Source: Clostridia bacterium (lineage in GTDB: Bacteria; Bacillota; Clostridia; Oscillospirales; SIG627). Taken from it: a stretch of DNA of 49,739 nucleotides. Shown one piece after another: positions 7,915-15,918 of the stretch; position 1 is the first letter of the stretch; every line of letters starts with the position of its first letter. The translations under genes were made by a program, and so were the position numbers. The stretch spans positions 1 through 49,739 of the forward strand of contig JAGDAA010000178.1 of NCBI GenBank assembly GCA_017959745.1. Reading direction: 5' to 3'. A model generated the notes under the pieces. It was given only the letters and a program-made list of their open reading frames with translations. It searched no databases and had not been told where the DNA came from.

Positions 7915-9433
7915 GACGCCTCCTTGACCGGATCAGAAGGACCAAGCCCCACAAACAGACAAGTCCCGCGTAAAGGGGCAGGACAATATCCCCCGCGGAC
8001 GTGTAGCCGGTCCGGATCTCCGACATACGGATCTGTCCCGATACGATCCCTTTTTGAAGGGGCCCCAGCTCCTGCCGGATCGAGCCGCGGGGATCGATGA
8101 TCGCCGAGACACCGGAATTGGCGGCGCGGACGGTGTACCGACCGTTCTCGATGCTCCTCAGAGCGGCGTGGGCGAGGTGCTGGTAGACGGCGGGGGAATC
8201 CTTGTACCAGGAATCGTTGGTCACCACGGCGAAGGCGTCGGCGCCTGCCGCGGCGCTGTCCCGCGCCAGGGACGGGAAGATGGACTCAAAACAAATCAAA
8301 CAGCCGAGTGCGCCCTTGTCAGTCTCCATAACAGCGGGCGAAGAGCCGGGGACAAGGTCCTCGGAAAGCATATTGATCTCGGTCATAAACGGAAATACCG
8401 CTTCAAAAAAGCCGCGATAGGGCACCGCTTCCCCGAAGGGCACCAGATGGCGCTTGGCGTAGGGGGCTGAAACCCCGGAATGCGTGACCAGGACCGCCGC
8501 ATTGGCGCGGCGGTCTTCCAGGGTCCAGAAAGCCCCGGTGAGCACGGGCACGCCGGTTTTCCGGGACAGGGCGCTGATATTCCGCAGAACGTCCCGGTTA
8601 TAGTCCCGGCTCAGATCCGTCGGGATCGCCGTTTCGGGCCACACGATCAGTTCCGTATCATCCGGGCTGCTCTCGGACAGATCCAGATAAGTCTCCATAC
8701 AGCGGGCGACGCTGTTGTCTCCCCACTTCTCCCCGGAGAGGATATTTCCCTGGATCGCCGCGACACTGACCGGCGTATTCTCCGCCTCAAAGGCGTCAAA
8801 GCTCATAAAGCGGATGAAACCGAAGCCCAGGTTCAGCGCGAACAGGCAGAGCGCCATAGCGCCGGCGATAAAGCGATGCCGGGACTTCCTCAGGATCGTC
8901 AGAGCAAAAAGCATATTAACGGCAAGGATGAGAAGATCCACTCCGTAGACGCCCCAGAAGGACGCGGTCTGCAAAAGGATCGGGGCGCGGAACTGTCCGA
9001 TGGAAAGGCGGATCCAGGGAAACGCCAGGGGTCCCAGCTCCGTGATCCATTCCGCCCCCAGAAAAGCGAGGGCGAACGCGCCGGCGGAAAAGGCGGCGAA
9101 GCGCGTCTTTTTCGCGAAATACACGGCGGCGCCTGGCAGGACGTACAGGCAGCCGTGGAGCAAACTGATCCCCGCCCATCCCAGAAGGACGATGAGAAGG
9201 GACACCCCCTCGGAGACCCCGGCGAAGTCCATGGGATAGAGGGTGTAAAACCACCAGTAGGTGAACAGGTGGTACGAAAAGCCGAAGAGGAAGCCCAGCC
9301 AGAGATTCGAGCGGAAGCGGTTATAGTCCCTCGTCAGCGCGAGAAAGAACGGAACGAGAGAAAACCAGGATAGGAAAAACAGGGAGGGGACGCTGTATGG
9401 CAAGGCGGAAAGCAACGCGGAAAACAGGACCAT
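7901..9433 (-). CDS. lnt: Apolipoprotein N-acyltransferase (Lnt), polytopic membrane N-terminus plus CN-hydrolase domain
   Basis: Catalytic triad contexts are LIVWPETAIP (Glu), KRHLVPFGE (Lys) and GCLICFES (Cys). The N-terminal half is multi-TM. I prefer ATG 9433 with AAGGAG upstream, with GTG 9472 as the alternative. The 3' end overlaps recD2 by 14 nt. Confidence 0.85.
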   Translation of the reverse strand: MVLFSALLSALPYSVPSLFFLSWFSLVPFFLALTRDYNRFRSNLWLGFLFGFSYHLFTYWWFYTLYPMDFAGVSEGVSLLIVLLGWAGISLLHGCLYVLPGAAVYFAKKTRFAAFSAGAFALAFLGAEWITELGPLAFPWIRLSIGQFRAPILLQTASFWGVYGVDLLILAVNMLFALTILRKSRHRFIAGAMALCLFALNLGFGFIRFMSFDAFEAENTPVSVAAIQGNILSGEKWGDNSVARCMETYLDLSESSPDDTELIVWPETAIPTDLSRDYNRDVLRNISALSRKTGVPVLTGAFWTLEDRRANAAVLVTHSGVSAPYAKRHLVPFGEAVPYRGFFEAVFPFMTEINMLSEDLVPGSSPAVMETDKGALGCLICFESIFPSLARDSAAAGADAFAVVTNDSWYKDSPAVYQHLAHAALRSIENGRYTVRAANSGVSAIIDPRGSIRQELGPLQKGIVSGQIRMSEIRTGYTSAGDIVLPLYAGLVCLWGLVLLIRSRRRHGSN

Positions 9434-9551
9434 AACGCTCCTTTTTTTCAAAAAAACGCGCGCTTTTTTCACCGGTGGCTCCTCCCTTCCAAAAGAATGA
9501 CTATATTATACTTCATAATTGTTAAGTTGTAAAGGCGCAATCCGCGCCGCC

Positions 9552-9579
9552 TTGACAAGGGCTGACAAAGCACTATAAT
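9552..9579 (+). promoter_or_regulatory. Sigma-A-type promoter for mrp
   Basis: TTGACA (9552..9557), a 16-nt spacer, then TATAAT (9574..9579), about 30 nt before the RBS. Confidence 0.6.
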
Positions 9580-9609
9580 GGTAGCAGTATCTATTTCTCA
9601 GGAGAACGT

Positions 9610-10437
9610 ATGAACCAACAGGAAACCTGCACACACAACTGCGATACCTGCGGAGCGGATTGTCCCTCCCGCAGTCAGGAAAGTTTGATCCAGAAGCCCA
9701 ACGATCAGAGCCGGATCCAAAAAGTCATCGGCGTCGTCAGCGGCAAGGGAGGCGTGGGGAAAAGCATGGTGACTTCCCTGCTCGCCCTGGAAGCCGCCCG
9801 CGCCGGGAAAAAGACCGCCATTCTGGACGCGGATCTGACGGGCCCCAGCATCCCGAGAGTTTTCGGACTACGCGACCGTGCCGTGGGGGACGATACCGGT
9901 CTGTACCCCGCTGAAACGAGGAGCGGGATCAAAGTTATGAGCATCAATCTGCTTTTGGAAAACGAAACAGACCCGGTGGTGTGGCGGGGCCCCGTCATCG
10001 CCGGGACGGTCGCCCAGTTCTGGACGGAAGTGAACTGGGGCGACGTGGATTATATGTTTGTGGATATGCCCCCGGGTACGGGGGACGTCCCGCTCACTGT
10101 GTTCCAGTCCCTGCCGGTGGACGGGATCGTAGTGGTCACCTCTCCCCAGGAGCTGGTCGCCATGATCGTGGAAAAAGCCGTGAAGATGGCGGATTTGATG
10201 AAGATCCCCGTACTCGGTCTGGTGGAAAATATGGCGTATGTGACCTGCCCGGACTGCGGCCGGAAGATCTACCCCTTCGGGGAAAGCCATCTTGAGGAAA
10301 GCGCGCGGACGTTCGGCATCGGCGAAACGGCGCGGATGCCGCTGGATCCTGCCCTCGCCGGACTGTGCGACAAGGGCCTGATCGAGTCCTACGGCGGTGA
10401 GCCCTTAAAAGAGCTCTTTCGGAAAATCGACGGGTAA
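9610..10437 (+). CDS. mrp: Mrp/NBP35 (ApbC) family ATP-binding iron-sulfur cluster carrier
   Basis: The deviant Walker A is SGKGGVGKS. There is an N-terminal CxxC pair (CTHNCDTCGADC) and a C-terminal CPDC motif. The RBS is AGGAGA. Confidence 0.85.
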   Translation: MNQQETCTHNCDTCGADCPSRSQESLIQKPNDQSRIQKVIGVVSGKGGVGKSMVTSLLALEAARAGKKTAILDADLTGPSIPRVFGLRDRAVGDDTGLYPAETRSGIKVMSINLLLENETDPVVWRGPVIAGTVAQFWTEVNWGDVDYMFVDMPPGTGDVPLTVFQSLPVDGIVVVTSPQELVAMIVEKAVKMADLMKIPVLGLVENMAYVTCPDCGRKIYPFGESHLEESARTFGIGETARMPLDPALAGLCDKGLIESYGGEPLKELFRKIDG

Positions 10438-10444
10438 AAGACGA

Positions 10445-10474
10445 AACGGGCGGGAGCAAAAGCTCCCGCCCGTT
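10445..10474. terminator. Hairpin terminator between convergent mrp and lplA
   Basis: AACGGGCGGGAGC, loop AAAA, then GCTCCCGCCCGTT: a perfect 13-bp stem. The flanking U-tracts are weak. Confidence 0.6.
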
Positions 10475-10490
10475 CTGTTATACACGGGTA

Positions 10491-11456
10491 TCAAACGGTG
10501 GCGGCGAAGGCGGTCAGGGTCTCTTTTCCCTCTTTGCTCAAAGCCTGGGCGGCTTTTAAGACGGCGTCCCTGCGGAGGGCAACGCCCGCCAGCGCCTCTT
10601 CCAGCGCCGCGCACAGGGAGGCGTCCATAGCGTCGGAAAACGCCCTGACTTCCCGTATGGTGCTTTTTTCCAGGGAGAGGTACAATTCCACCCCGCCCCA
10701 GGAAAAGCGCTCATCCCATTTCAGATCAAATTTCGGCGTTTCGCCCAGCCGCCATTCCCAGGTGGCGTGGCGAGCGAGGTAGGGGGCGGTCTTCTCCGGG
10801 TCCAGGGCGTCCTTTGTCAGGGGGATCGCGTCGGGAAAGCGCGCCTTATAAGCGGAATAAATCGCGTCCCGGGCGCGATCCACGGTGAGGGAGGGACAAA
10901 GCTCGGTTAGATTCATCACCCTGGATCGAACGGAAGAAATGCCCTTGGATCGGATCTTTCTCGGGTCCACGGTAAGGTAGCCGGACAGTTTTTCCAAATC
11001 CGCGCGTATCAAAAGGGTCCCGTGGTGTATGCGGGCTTCGTGGCGCACCGCCACGGCAGTGCCGGAGATCTTGCGCCCGTCCACAAGAAGATCGTTGCGG
11101 CCGGACGCCTCGCAGGAGATCCCAAAGCCGCGGACGGCGGAAAGGATCAGGTCCTGAAAGAGCTCCGGCTCGTATCTGCCCTCCCCGGCAATGAAGGAAT
11201 AATTCAGATTGCCCCCGTCGTGATAGACCGCGCCGCCGCCGCTCACCCGGCGGGTTAGTTCCACCCCGTCCCGCTCCATGGCGGCGAGATCGCACTCCTT
11301 CCAGGGATTCTGATTCTTGCCGATGATGACGGCGTTGCCGTTTACGTAAAAATATAAAATGAGATCCCCGGGCTTTACGGTGTCCAGGAAAAACTCATCC
11401 AGTCCGATGTTGTCGCTTGCCCGCAGCGTATCGCTGAAATACACGTAATTTGCCAT
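10491..11456 (-). CDS. lplA: Lipoate-protein ligase A
   Basis: RRVSGGGAVYHDGGNLNYSFI and GRKISGTAV match lipoate/biotin ligase catalytic-domain motifs. An LplA-type C-terminal domain is present. Confidence 0.85.
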   Translation of the reverse strand: MANYVYFSDTLRASDNIGLDEFFLDTVKPGDLILYFYVNGNAVIIGKNQNPWKECDLAAMERDGVELTRRVSGGGAVYHDGGNLNYSFIAGEGRYEPELFQDLILSAVRGFGISCEASGRNDLLVDGRKISGTAVAVRHEARIHHGTLLIRADLEKLSGYLTVDPRKIRSKGISSVRSRVMNLTELCPSLTVDRARDAIYSAYKARFPDAIPLTKDALDPEKTAPYLARHATWEWRLGETPKFDLKWDERFSWGGVELYLSLEKSTIREVRAFSDAMDASLCAALEEALAGVALRRDAVLKAAQALSKEGKETLTAFAATV

Positions 11457-11511
11457 TGTTTTCCTCCCACATTTCAGTATAAGTCAGAGAATAAAAAAAC
11501 GCAAGAATAAA

Positions 11512-11540
11512 TTGACAGTTTGCCCGGATAACCCTATAAT
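11512..11540 (+). promoter_or_regulatory. Sigma-A-type promoter for radA
   Basis: TTGACA (11512..11517), a 17-nt spacer, then TATAAT (11535..11540). Confidence 0.65.
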
Positions 11541-11579
11541 TGTTACAGATGACATCGACAGTATCAAAGGAGCCGACCT

Positions 11580-12986
11580 ATGGCGGGAAAAACGAAAACG
11601 GTTTACACCTGCGTCAACTGCGGCGCGCAATTTCCCCGGTGGAACGGACAGTGCCGGGAATGCGGCGCCTGGAACACCCTGGAGGAGGAGACCTATACCC
11701 CCTCTCCCGCCGCGGCGGGCAAGGACCGGGAAGAGCCCGGTGAATTCACCCCCGCGGTAAAATTGAGTGAGATCGAAGAGGAAAAGCTCTTCGGGGAGCG
11801 GAGCCGGACCGGCATCGGAGAGCTGGACCGGGCTTTGGGCGGCGGGATCGTCCGGGGGTCCGTGGCACTGATCAGCGGCGAGCCGGGGATCGGAAAATCC
11901 ACGCTGCTCCTGCAGATCTGCCGCTCTATGCCGGATACGCGGGTATTGTACGTGTCCGGGGAGGAATCCCAGCTTCAGATCAAGATGCGCGCCAAACGGC
12001 TACGCGCCCTGACGGACAACGTCTATTTGCAGTGTGAAACAGATATCGACGGTATTTTGGCGGAGACGGACAACATCCGTCCGGACCTTTTGATCATCGA
12101 CTCGGTGCAGACGGTGAAAGACAACGCTGTCAGCAGCGCGCCGGGAAGCGTGTCCCAGGTAAAGGCGGCGACGGCGAAGATCATTGCCGCCACCAAAAAA
12201 GGCGGCTTTTCCACCATTTTAGTGGGCCACGTGAACAAGGACGGCGTGATCGCCGGTCCGAAACTGTTGGAGCATATGGTGGACGTGGTACTGTACTTCG
12301 AGGGGGAACGTACCCAAAGCTGCCGTATCCTGCGCGCCATCAAGAACCGGTACGGATCCACCAATGAGATCGGTCTGTTTGAGATGACGGACGAGGGTCT
12401 GGAAGAAGTGCCGGATCCCAGCCGCAGAATGATGGAGGATTCACCCGTGGGCGTGCCCGGTTCCTGCCCCGTGTGCCTGATGGAGGGGACCCGCCCCATC
12501 CTGACGGAGGTCCAGGCGCTGGTGACCCGCTCTCCCTTCCCCAACCCCAAACGGCTCGCTTCCGGATTGGACCTGAACCGGATGACCATGATGCTCGCCG
12601 TTCTGGAAAAGCGCCTGGGGGTCAGGTTCTTCGATAAGGACGTCTATATGAACGTGGTGGGCGGTCTGCGGCTGGACGAGACTGCGGCGGACCTGGGCGT
12701 CTGCGCCGCCATCCTCTCCTGCGCTATGGATCTCAGGCTCCCGCCCCATTTTATCGCCATTGGAGAAGTGGGGTTGTCCGGCGAATGCCGCAGCGTATCC
12801 GACTCGGACCTCAGGGTGAACGAGGCCGTCCGCCTCGGGTTTGAGATCATTCTGCTCCCCCGCCGGGCGGCGGAGCGGATCAAGAAGGTCCCCGCGGGGG
12901 TGAAGGTGATCCCGGTGAGGGGGGTATTCGATCTGATGAGCGTCTTAAAGGAGATGCGCCATGACGAAAGCGGAACTGCTGAATAA
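11580..12986 (+). CDS. radA: DNA repair protein RadA/Sms
   Basis: N-terminal zinc ribbon YTCVNCGAQFPRWNGQCRECGAWNT, Walker A GEPGIGKST, a KNRYG motif and a Lon-like C-terminal domain. Confidence 0.95.
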   Translation: MAGKTKTVYTCVNCGAQFPRWNGQCRECGAWNTLEEETYTPSPAAAGKDREEPGEFTPAVKLSEIEEEKLFGERSRTGIGELDRALGGGIVRGSVALISGEPGIGKSTLLLQICRSMPDTRVLYVSGEESQLQIKMRAKRLRALTDNVYLQCETDIDGILAETDNIRPDLLIIDSVQTVKDNAVSSAPGSVSQVKAATAKIIAATKKGGFSTILVGHVNKDGVIAGPKLLEHMVDVVLYFEGERTQSCRILRAIKNRYGSTNEIGLFEMTDEGLEEVPDPSRRMMEDSPVGVPGSCPVCLMEGTRPILTEVQALVTRSPFPNPKRLASGLDLNRMTMMLAVLEKRLGVRFFDKDVYMNVVGGLRLDETAADLGVCAAILSCAMDLRLPPHFIAIGEVGLSGECRSVSDSDLRVNEAVRLGFEIILLPRRAAERIKKVPAGVKVIPVRGVFDLMSVLKEMRHDESGTAE

Positions 12987-13611
12987 AGAAACATACGACT
13001 TTGACGACCTTTGCGCCATCGTGGACATCCTCCGGGCGCCGGACGGCTGTCCCTGGGACCGGATCCAGACCCACGAGAGCTTGCGAAATAACTTTATCGA
13101 AGAGGCGTACGAGGTAGTAGACGGCATCGACCGGAAGGACAACGACGCCCTGAGGGAAGAGCTGGGAGACGTTTTGCTGGAGGTTCTGTTCCACGTGGGG
13201 CTTGCCCGGGAAGAGGGCGCTTTCGATCTTTCCGACGTATTGAGCGGGATCTGCCGCAAAATGATCCGCCGCCACCCCCACGTCTTCGGGAACGAGACCC
13301 TGGCGGAGGATCAGATCCAGGCCTCCTGGGACGAGATCAAGCGCCGCGAAAAAGGGGCGAAGAGCAAAGAGGACACCCTGAACGGGATCGCCGGGAGCCT
13401 GCCCGCCCTGATGCGAGCGGAAAAGGTGGCGGAGAAAAGCGGCTTCGCCGTGCTGCGCGAGGAAGCAATGCCTCAGGAGGACCCTGTCCTTGCCGGCGGT
13501 GAAGCCCTGTACCGGGTCTGCCTGGATCTGGTGCGGCAAGAGATTTGCCCGGAGGAGGCCCTGCAGCGGTATCTGACCCGGCTGATCCGGGACCCGGAAA
13601 GCTACCGGTAA
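12961..13611 (+). CDS. mazG: MazG-family nucleoside triphosphate pyrophosphohydrolase
   Basis: GCPWDRIQTHESLRNNFIEEAYEVVD and LREELGDVLLEV motifs. The RBS is AAAGGAG. It overlaps the end of radA by 26 nt. Confidence 0.85.
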   Translation: MTKAELLNKETYDFDDLCAIVDILRAPDGCPWDRIQTHESLRNNFIEEAYEVVDGIDRKDNDALREELGDVLLEVLFHVGLAREEGAFDLSDVLSGICRKMIRRHPHVFGNETLAEDQIQASWDEIKRREKGAKSKEDTLNGIAGSLPALMRAEKVAEKSGFAVLREEAMPQEDPVLAGGEALYRVCLDLVRQEICPEEALQRYLTRLIRDPESYR

Positions 13612-13624
13612 AACGCGAAAAAAC

Positions 13625-13653
13625 TTGCAAGACGAAACGATCTGTGATACAAT
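13625..13653 (+). promoter_or_regulatory. Sigma-A-type promoter with extended -10, for yabO
   Basis: TTGCAA (13625..13630), a 17-nt spacer ending in TGA, then TACAAT (13648..13653). The TGaTACAAT reads as an extended -10. Confidence 0.55.
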
Positions 13654-13671
13654 GACGCCCGTGAGGACGAT

Positions 13672-13911
13672 ATGAGATTAGATAAATTCCTGAAAGTATC
13701 CCGCATCATCAAGCGGCGCACCGTCGCCAACGACGCGTGCGGAGCCAGCCACGTTTCCGTAAACGGAAAAGTGGTAAAGCCCTCCTTTGACGTGAAGGCG
13801 GGGGACGTGATCGAAGTGCGCTTCGGCGAAAAAACCTTCCGGTGCGAGGTCCTGTCGACCCCGGAACACGCGGGGAAGAACGAGGCGGCGGGACTGTACA
13901 AAGCCCTGTAG
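13672..13911 (+). CDS. yabO: S4-domain RNA-binding protein (YabO/Hsp15-like)
   Basis: MRLDKFLKVSRIIKRRTVANDAC...VSVNGKVVKPS..VKAGDVIEV is a typical S4 domain. It follows mazG, as in the Bacillus yabN-yabO-yabP-yabQ-divIC block. Confidence 0.85.
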   Translation: MRLDKFLKVSRIIKRRTVANDACGASHVSVNGKVVKPSFDVKAGDVIEVRFGEKTFRCEVLSTPEHAGKNEAAGLYKAL

Positions 13912-13914
13912 AGC

Positions 13915-13943
13915 CGTATATTTTTTCGCGTTTGTTCATAGGA
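13915..13943 (+). promoter_or_regulatory. Sigma-E-like (mother-cell) promoter motif upstream of yabP
   Basis: GTATATT (13915..13921), a 14-nt spacer, then CATAGGAT (13936..13943). My recollection of the B. subtilis sigma-E consensus is kmATATT-N14-CATACAmT. yabP is mother-cell expressed in Bacillus. Confidence 0.45.
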
Positions 13944-13962
13944 TATCACGAGGTGATACGCT

Positions 13963-14226
13963 ATGGACGAAAACCGGCTTCAACTGGAGAACCGCAAAAT
14001 TCTCCGGATCACCGGCGTGACAGACGTCAGCAGCTTTTCCGATGACCAGGCGGAGATCGAAACGAGCCTGGGCCTTCTGCAGATCGGCGGGCGCGCCCTT
14101 CACCTGGACCTTCTGGACCTGGAAAAGAGGGAAGCGCAGCTGTCCGGACAAATCGATTCTCTTTGGTATCCGGATAAGGGCGGCGAACGCAAGGAAGGAT
14201 TTTTCAGCCGCCTGTTCTCCTCATGA
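13963..14226 (+). CDS. yabP: Sporulation protein YabP
   Basis: LRITGVTDVSSFSDDQAEIET..G.LQIGGRALHLDLLDLEK and the C-terminal GFFSRLF match YabP. Synteny supports the call. Confidence 0.85.
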   Translation: MDENRLQLENRKILRITGVTDVSSFSDDQAEIETSLGLLQIGGRALHLDLLDLEKREAQLSGQIDSLWYPDKGGERKEGFFSRLFSS

Positions 14227-14705
14227 CGCCGGAATGGCTGTGGGGTGTCCTGCTCTTTTCCCGCTCCGTTCTCTTCGGCGCCGGACTGGGGTTGTACTAC
14301 GAGGTGTTCCGGTTTCTGCGGATATTGTTTACCCACCCGACCTGGCTCGTAGCGGCGGAGGACCTTCTGTTTTTATTGCCCGCCAGCCTTGCCCATATCT
14401 TTTTTCACTACGCCTTCGGCGAGGGAGAGACCCGTTGGTTTGCCGTATTGGGCGTCATACTCGGCTTTCTTTTGTACCTGGCGTCTGTTGGAAAGATCGT
14501 ACAAAAGGCGCTGCGCGGTGTGAGGCGGATGCTGAAAAAACGGGTATGGGATCCGCTACGGGCGCGCCTGACGGCTCGACGGGAAAAGCGGGCGCAAAAA
14601 AAGCAAATGAGCGCGGAAAAGCGGCGCCACAAGAAAAAGAATAAGAATCGTTTGAGGCACAAAAACAAGAAAACCACGGGACCTGAAACGGAGAGGAACA
14701 TATGA
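14223..14705 (+). CDS. yabQ: Spore cortex biosynthesis protein YabQ
   Basis: Membrane protein with a Lys/Arg-rich tail. It has ATGA overlaps with yabP upstream and divIC downstream, and the synteny is conserved. Confidence 0.7.
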   Translation: MTPEWLWGVLLFSRSVLFGAGLGLYYEVFRFLRILFTHPTWLVAAEDLLFLLPASLAHIFFHYAFGEGETRWFAVLGVILGFLLYLASVGKIVQKALRGVRRMLKKRVWDPLRARLTARREKRAQKKQMSAEKRRHKKKNKNRLRHKNKKTTGPETERNI

Positions 14706-14983
14706 CACAACACAGATTCGGTTTTTTCGCCAAGTTGGCGTTTGTCGCCATTCTGATCTTTCTGGTGATCTCCATCGTCAACAAAAACCTGCAGATCAAC
14801 TCCATGAAAGAACAGCAGCGCCGTCTGGAGGCGGAAAAAAGCACCTACACCCTGCAGGTGGAACGGCTCAACGCGCAATTGAGCGAAGAAGTCTCGGAAG
14901 AGACCATCAAGCGCATCGCCCGGGATAAGCTGAATCTGCGGGAGCCGGGCAGCGTCGTGTACGCCAACGATTTGCCCAACTGA
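14702..14983 (+). CDS. divIC: Septum formation initiator family protein (DivIC/FtsB)
   Basis: One N-terminal TM segment, then a coiled coil (MKEQQRRLEAEKSTYTLQVERLNAQL), then the IARDKLNLREPGSVVY tail. Confidence 0.8.
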   Translation: MTQHRFGFFAKLAFVAILIFLVISIVNKNLQINSMKEQQRRLEAEKSTYTLQVERLNAQLSEEVSEETIKRIARDKLNLREPGSVVYANDLPN

Positions 14984-15000
14984 ACCTGATCGATCGTAGC

Positions 15001-15031
15001 GGCGGGAGCGGAAACGTTCCCGCCTTTTTTT
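15001..15031 (+). terminator. Rho-independent terminator after divIC
   Basis: GGCGGGA, loop, TCCCGCC, followed by a run of seven T (TTTTTTTCG). Confidence 0.65.
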
Positions 15032-15098
15032 CGTCCTTTCGCATAAAACAAGGCGCCACCGCGCAGAATAAGGGCAAACGAGAAAGGACGGAACAAAT

Positions 15099-15818
15099 AT
15101 GGCACTGACAAACAAAACGAAGAGAAAAATCAACAGCGGAGGTCTTTACATTGCTCTGGCTGTGTGCATCCTATCCGTTATCTGCGTGGGGGTATACGGC
15201 GCGGTCCTCGGTCTGGTAAAGCCGGAGACGGCGGCGGAGAAAGGCGGTGCTTCCCTGCCCCGTGTCACGGTGGAGGAGCCCGCGGACAAATCCCCCTCTT
15301 CCTCCCGGAAGACGGAAACGCCGAAGGCTACGGTCCCGGTGAAGGAAACGCCGGAGACGCCCCCGGCGGAAAAGCCGGAGCAGGACGTTTCCGCCACGCC
15401 GGTGGAGCCGACCTATCTGATGCCCCTGGTGGGGACCGTCATCAAGGAATTTTCCGACGAACTTCTGGTCTATTCCGAAACCATGAACGATTACCGCGTG
15501 CATAACGGCATGGACCTTGCCGCCGTGATCGGGGAGCGTGTGAAAGCCATGTCGGACGGCGTGGTGGAAAAGGTGTACGATGATCCGCTTATGGGACAAA
15601 CGGTGATCCTGGACCACGGAAACGGTCTGAAAAGCGTGTATCAGAGCTTGATGCCCTCCGTTCCCGACGGTGTGGAGGAAGGCGCCGTTGTGCAGGCGGG
15701 TGACGTGATCGGCGGCGTGGGTGATACGGCTCTCATAGAATGCGCCGAAGAGCCTCATCTTCATTTTGAAGTCTGGAGGGGCGATACCCCGATCAATCCC
15801 CGGGACCTGATCAGCTGA
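15099..15818 (+). CDS. Membrane-anchored M23/LytM-family metallopeptidase
   Basis: N-terminal TM segment, Pro/Glu/Thr-rich linker, and a LytM domain with intact HNGMDLAA (HxxxD) and HLHFEV (HxH) metal motifs. Confidence 0.8.
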   Translation: MALTNKTKRKINSGGLYIALAVCILSVICVGVYGAVLGLVKPETAAEKGGASLPRVTVEEPADKSPSSSRKTETPKATVPVKETPETPPAEKPEQDVSATPVEPTYLMPLVGTVIKEFSDELLVYSETMNDYRVHNGMDLAAVIGERVKAMSDGVVEKVYDDPLMGQTVILDHGNGLKSVYQSLMPSVPDGVEEGAVVQAGDVIGGVGDTALIECAEEPHLHFEVWRGDTPINPRDLIS

Positions 15819-15829
15819 ATATAATCCGA

Positions 15830-15861
15830 AAAAATCCGTAAGGCAGCCTTACGGATTTTTT
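15830..15861 (+). terminator. Rho-independent terminator after the M23 peptidase gene
   Basis: ATCCGTAAGG, loop CAG, CCTTACGGAT, then a T-run. Confidence 0.8.
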
Positions 15862-15862
15862 C

Positions 15863-15889
15863 ACGATTCGGCGATACGCGCATAAGCTA
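15863..15889 (+). promoter_or_regulatory. Sigma-K-like (late mother-cell) promoter motif
   Basis: AC (15863..15864), a 16-nt spacer, then CATAAGCTA (15881..15889). My recollection of the sigma-K consensus is AC-N16/17-CATAnnnTA. It lies about 30 nt before TTG 15919. Confidence 0.35.
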
Positions 15890-15918
15890 TACTATCACAT
15901 TGATGGGAGGCTAAACCA

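Noticed and set aside
15099-15818. Calling the M23 peptidase SpoIIQ
   Set aside because: The architecture (N-terminal TM, linker, LytM domain) is compatible with SpoIIQ. However, many vegetative M23 peptidases share it. I found no sigma-F-type promoter upstream and no diagnostic residues, so it is left as a generic M23 peptidase.
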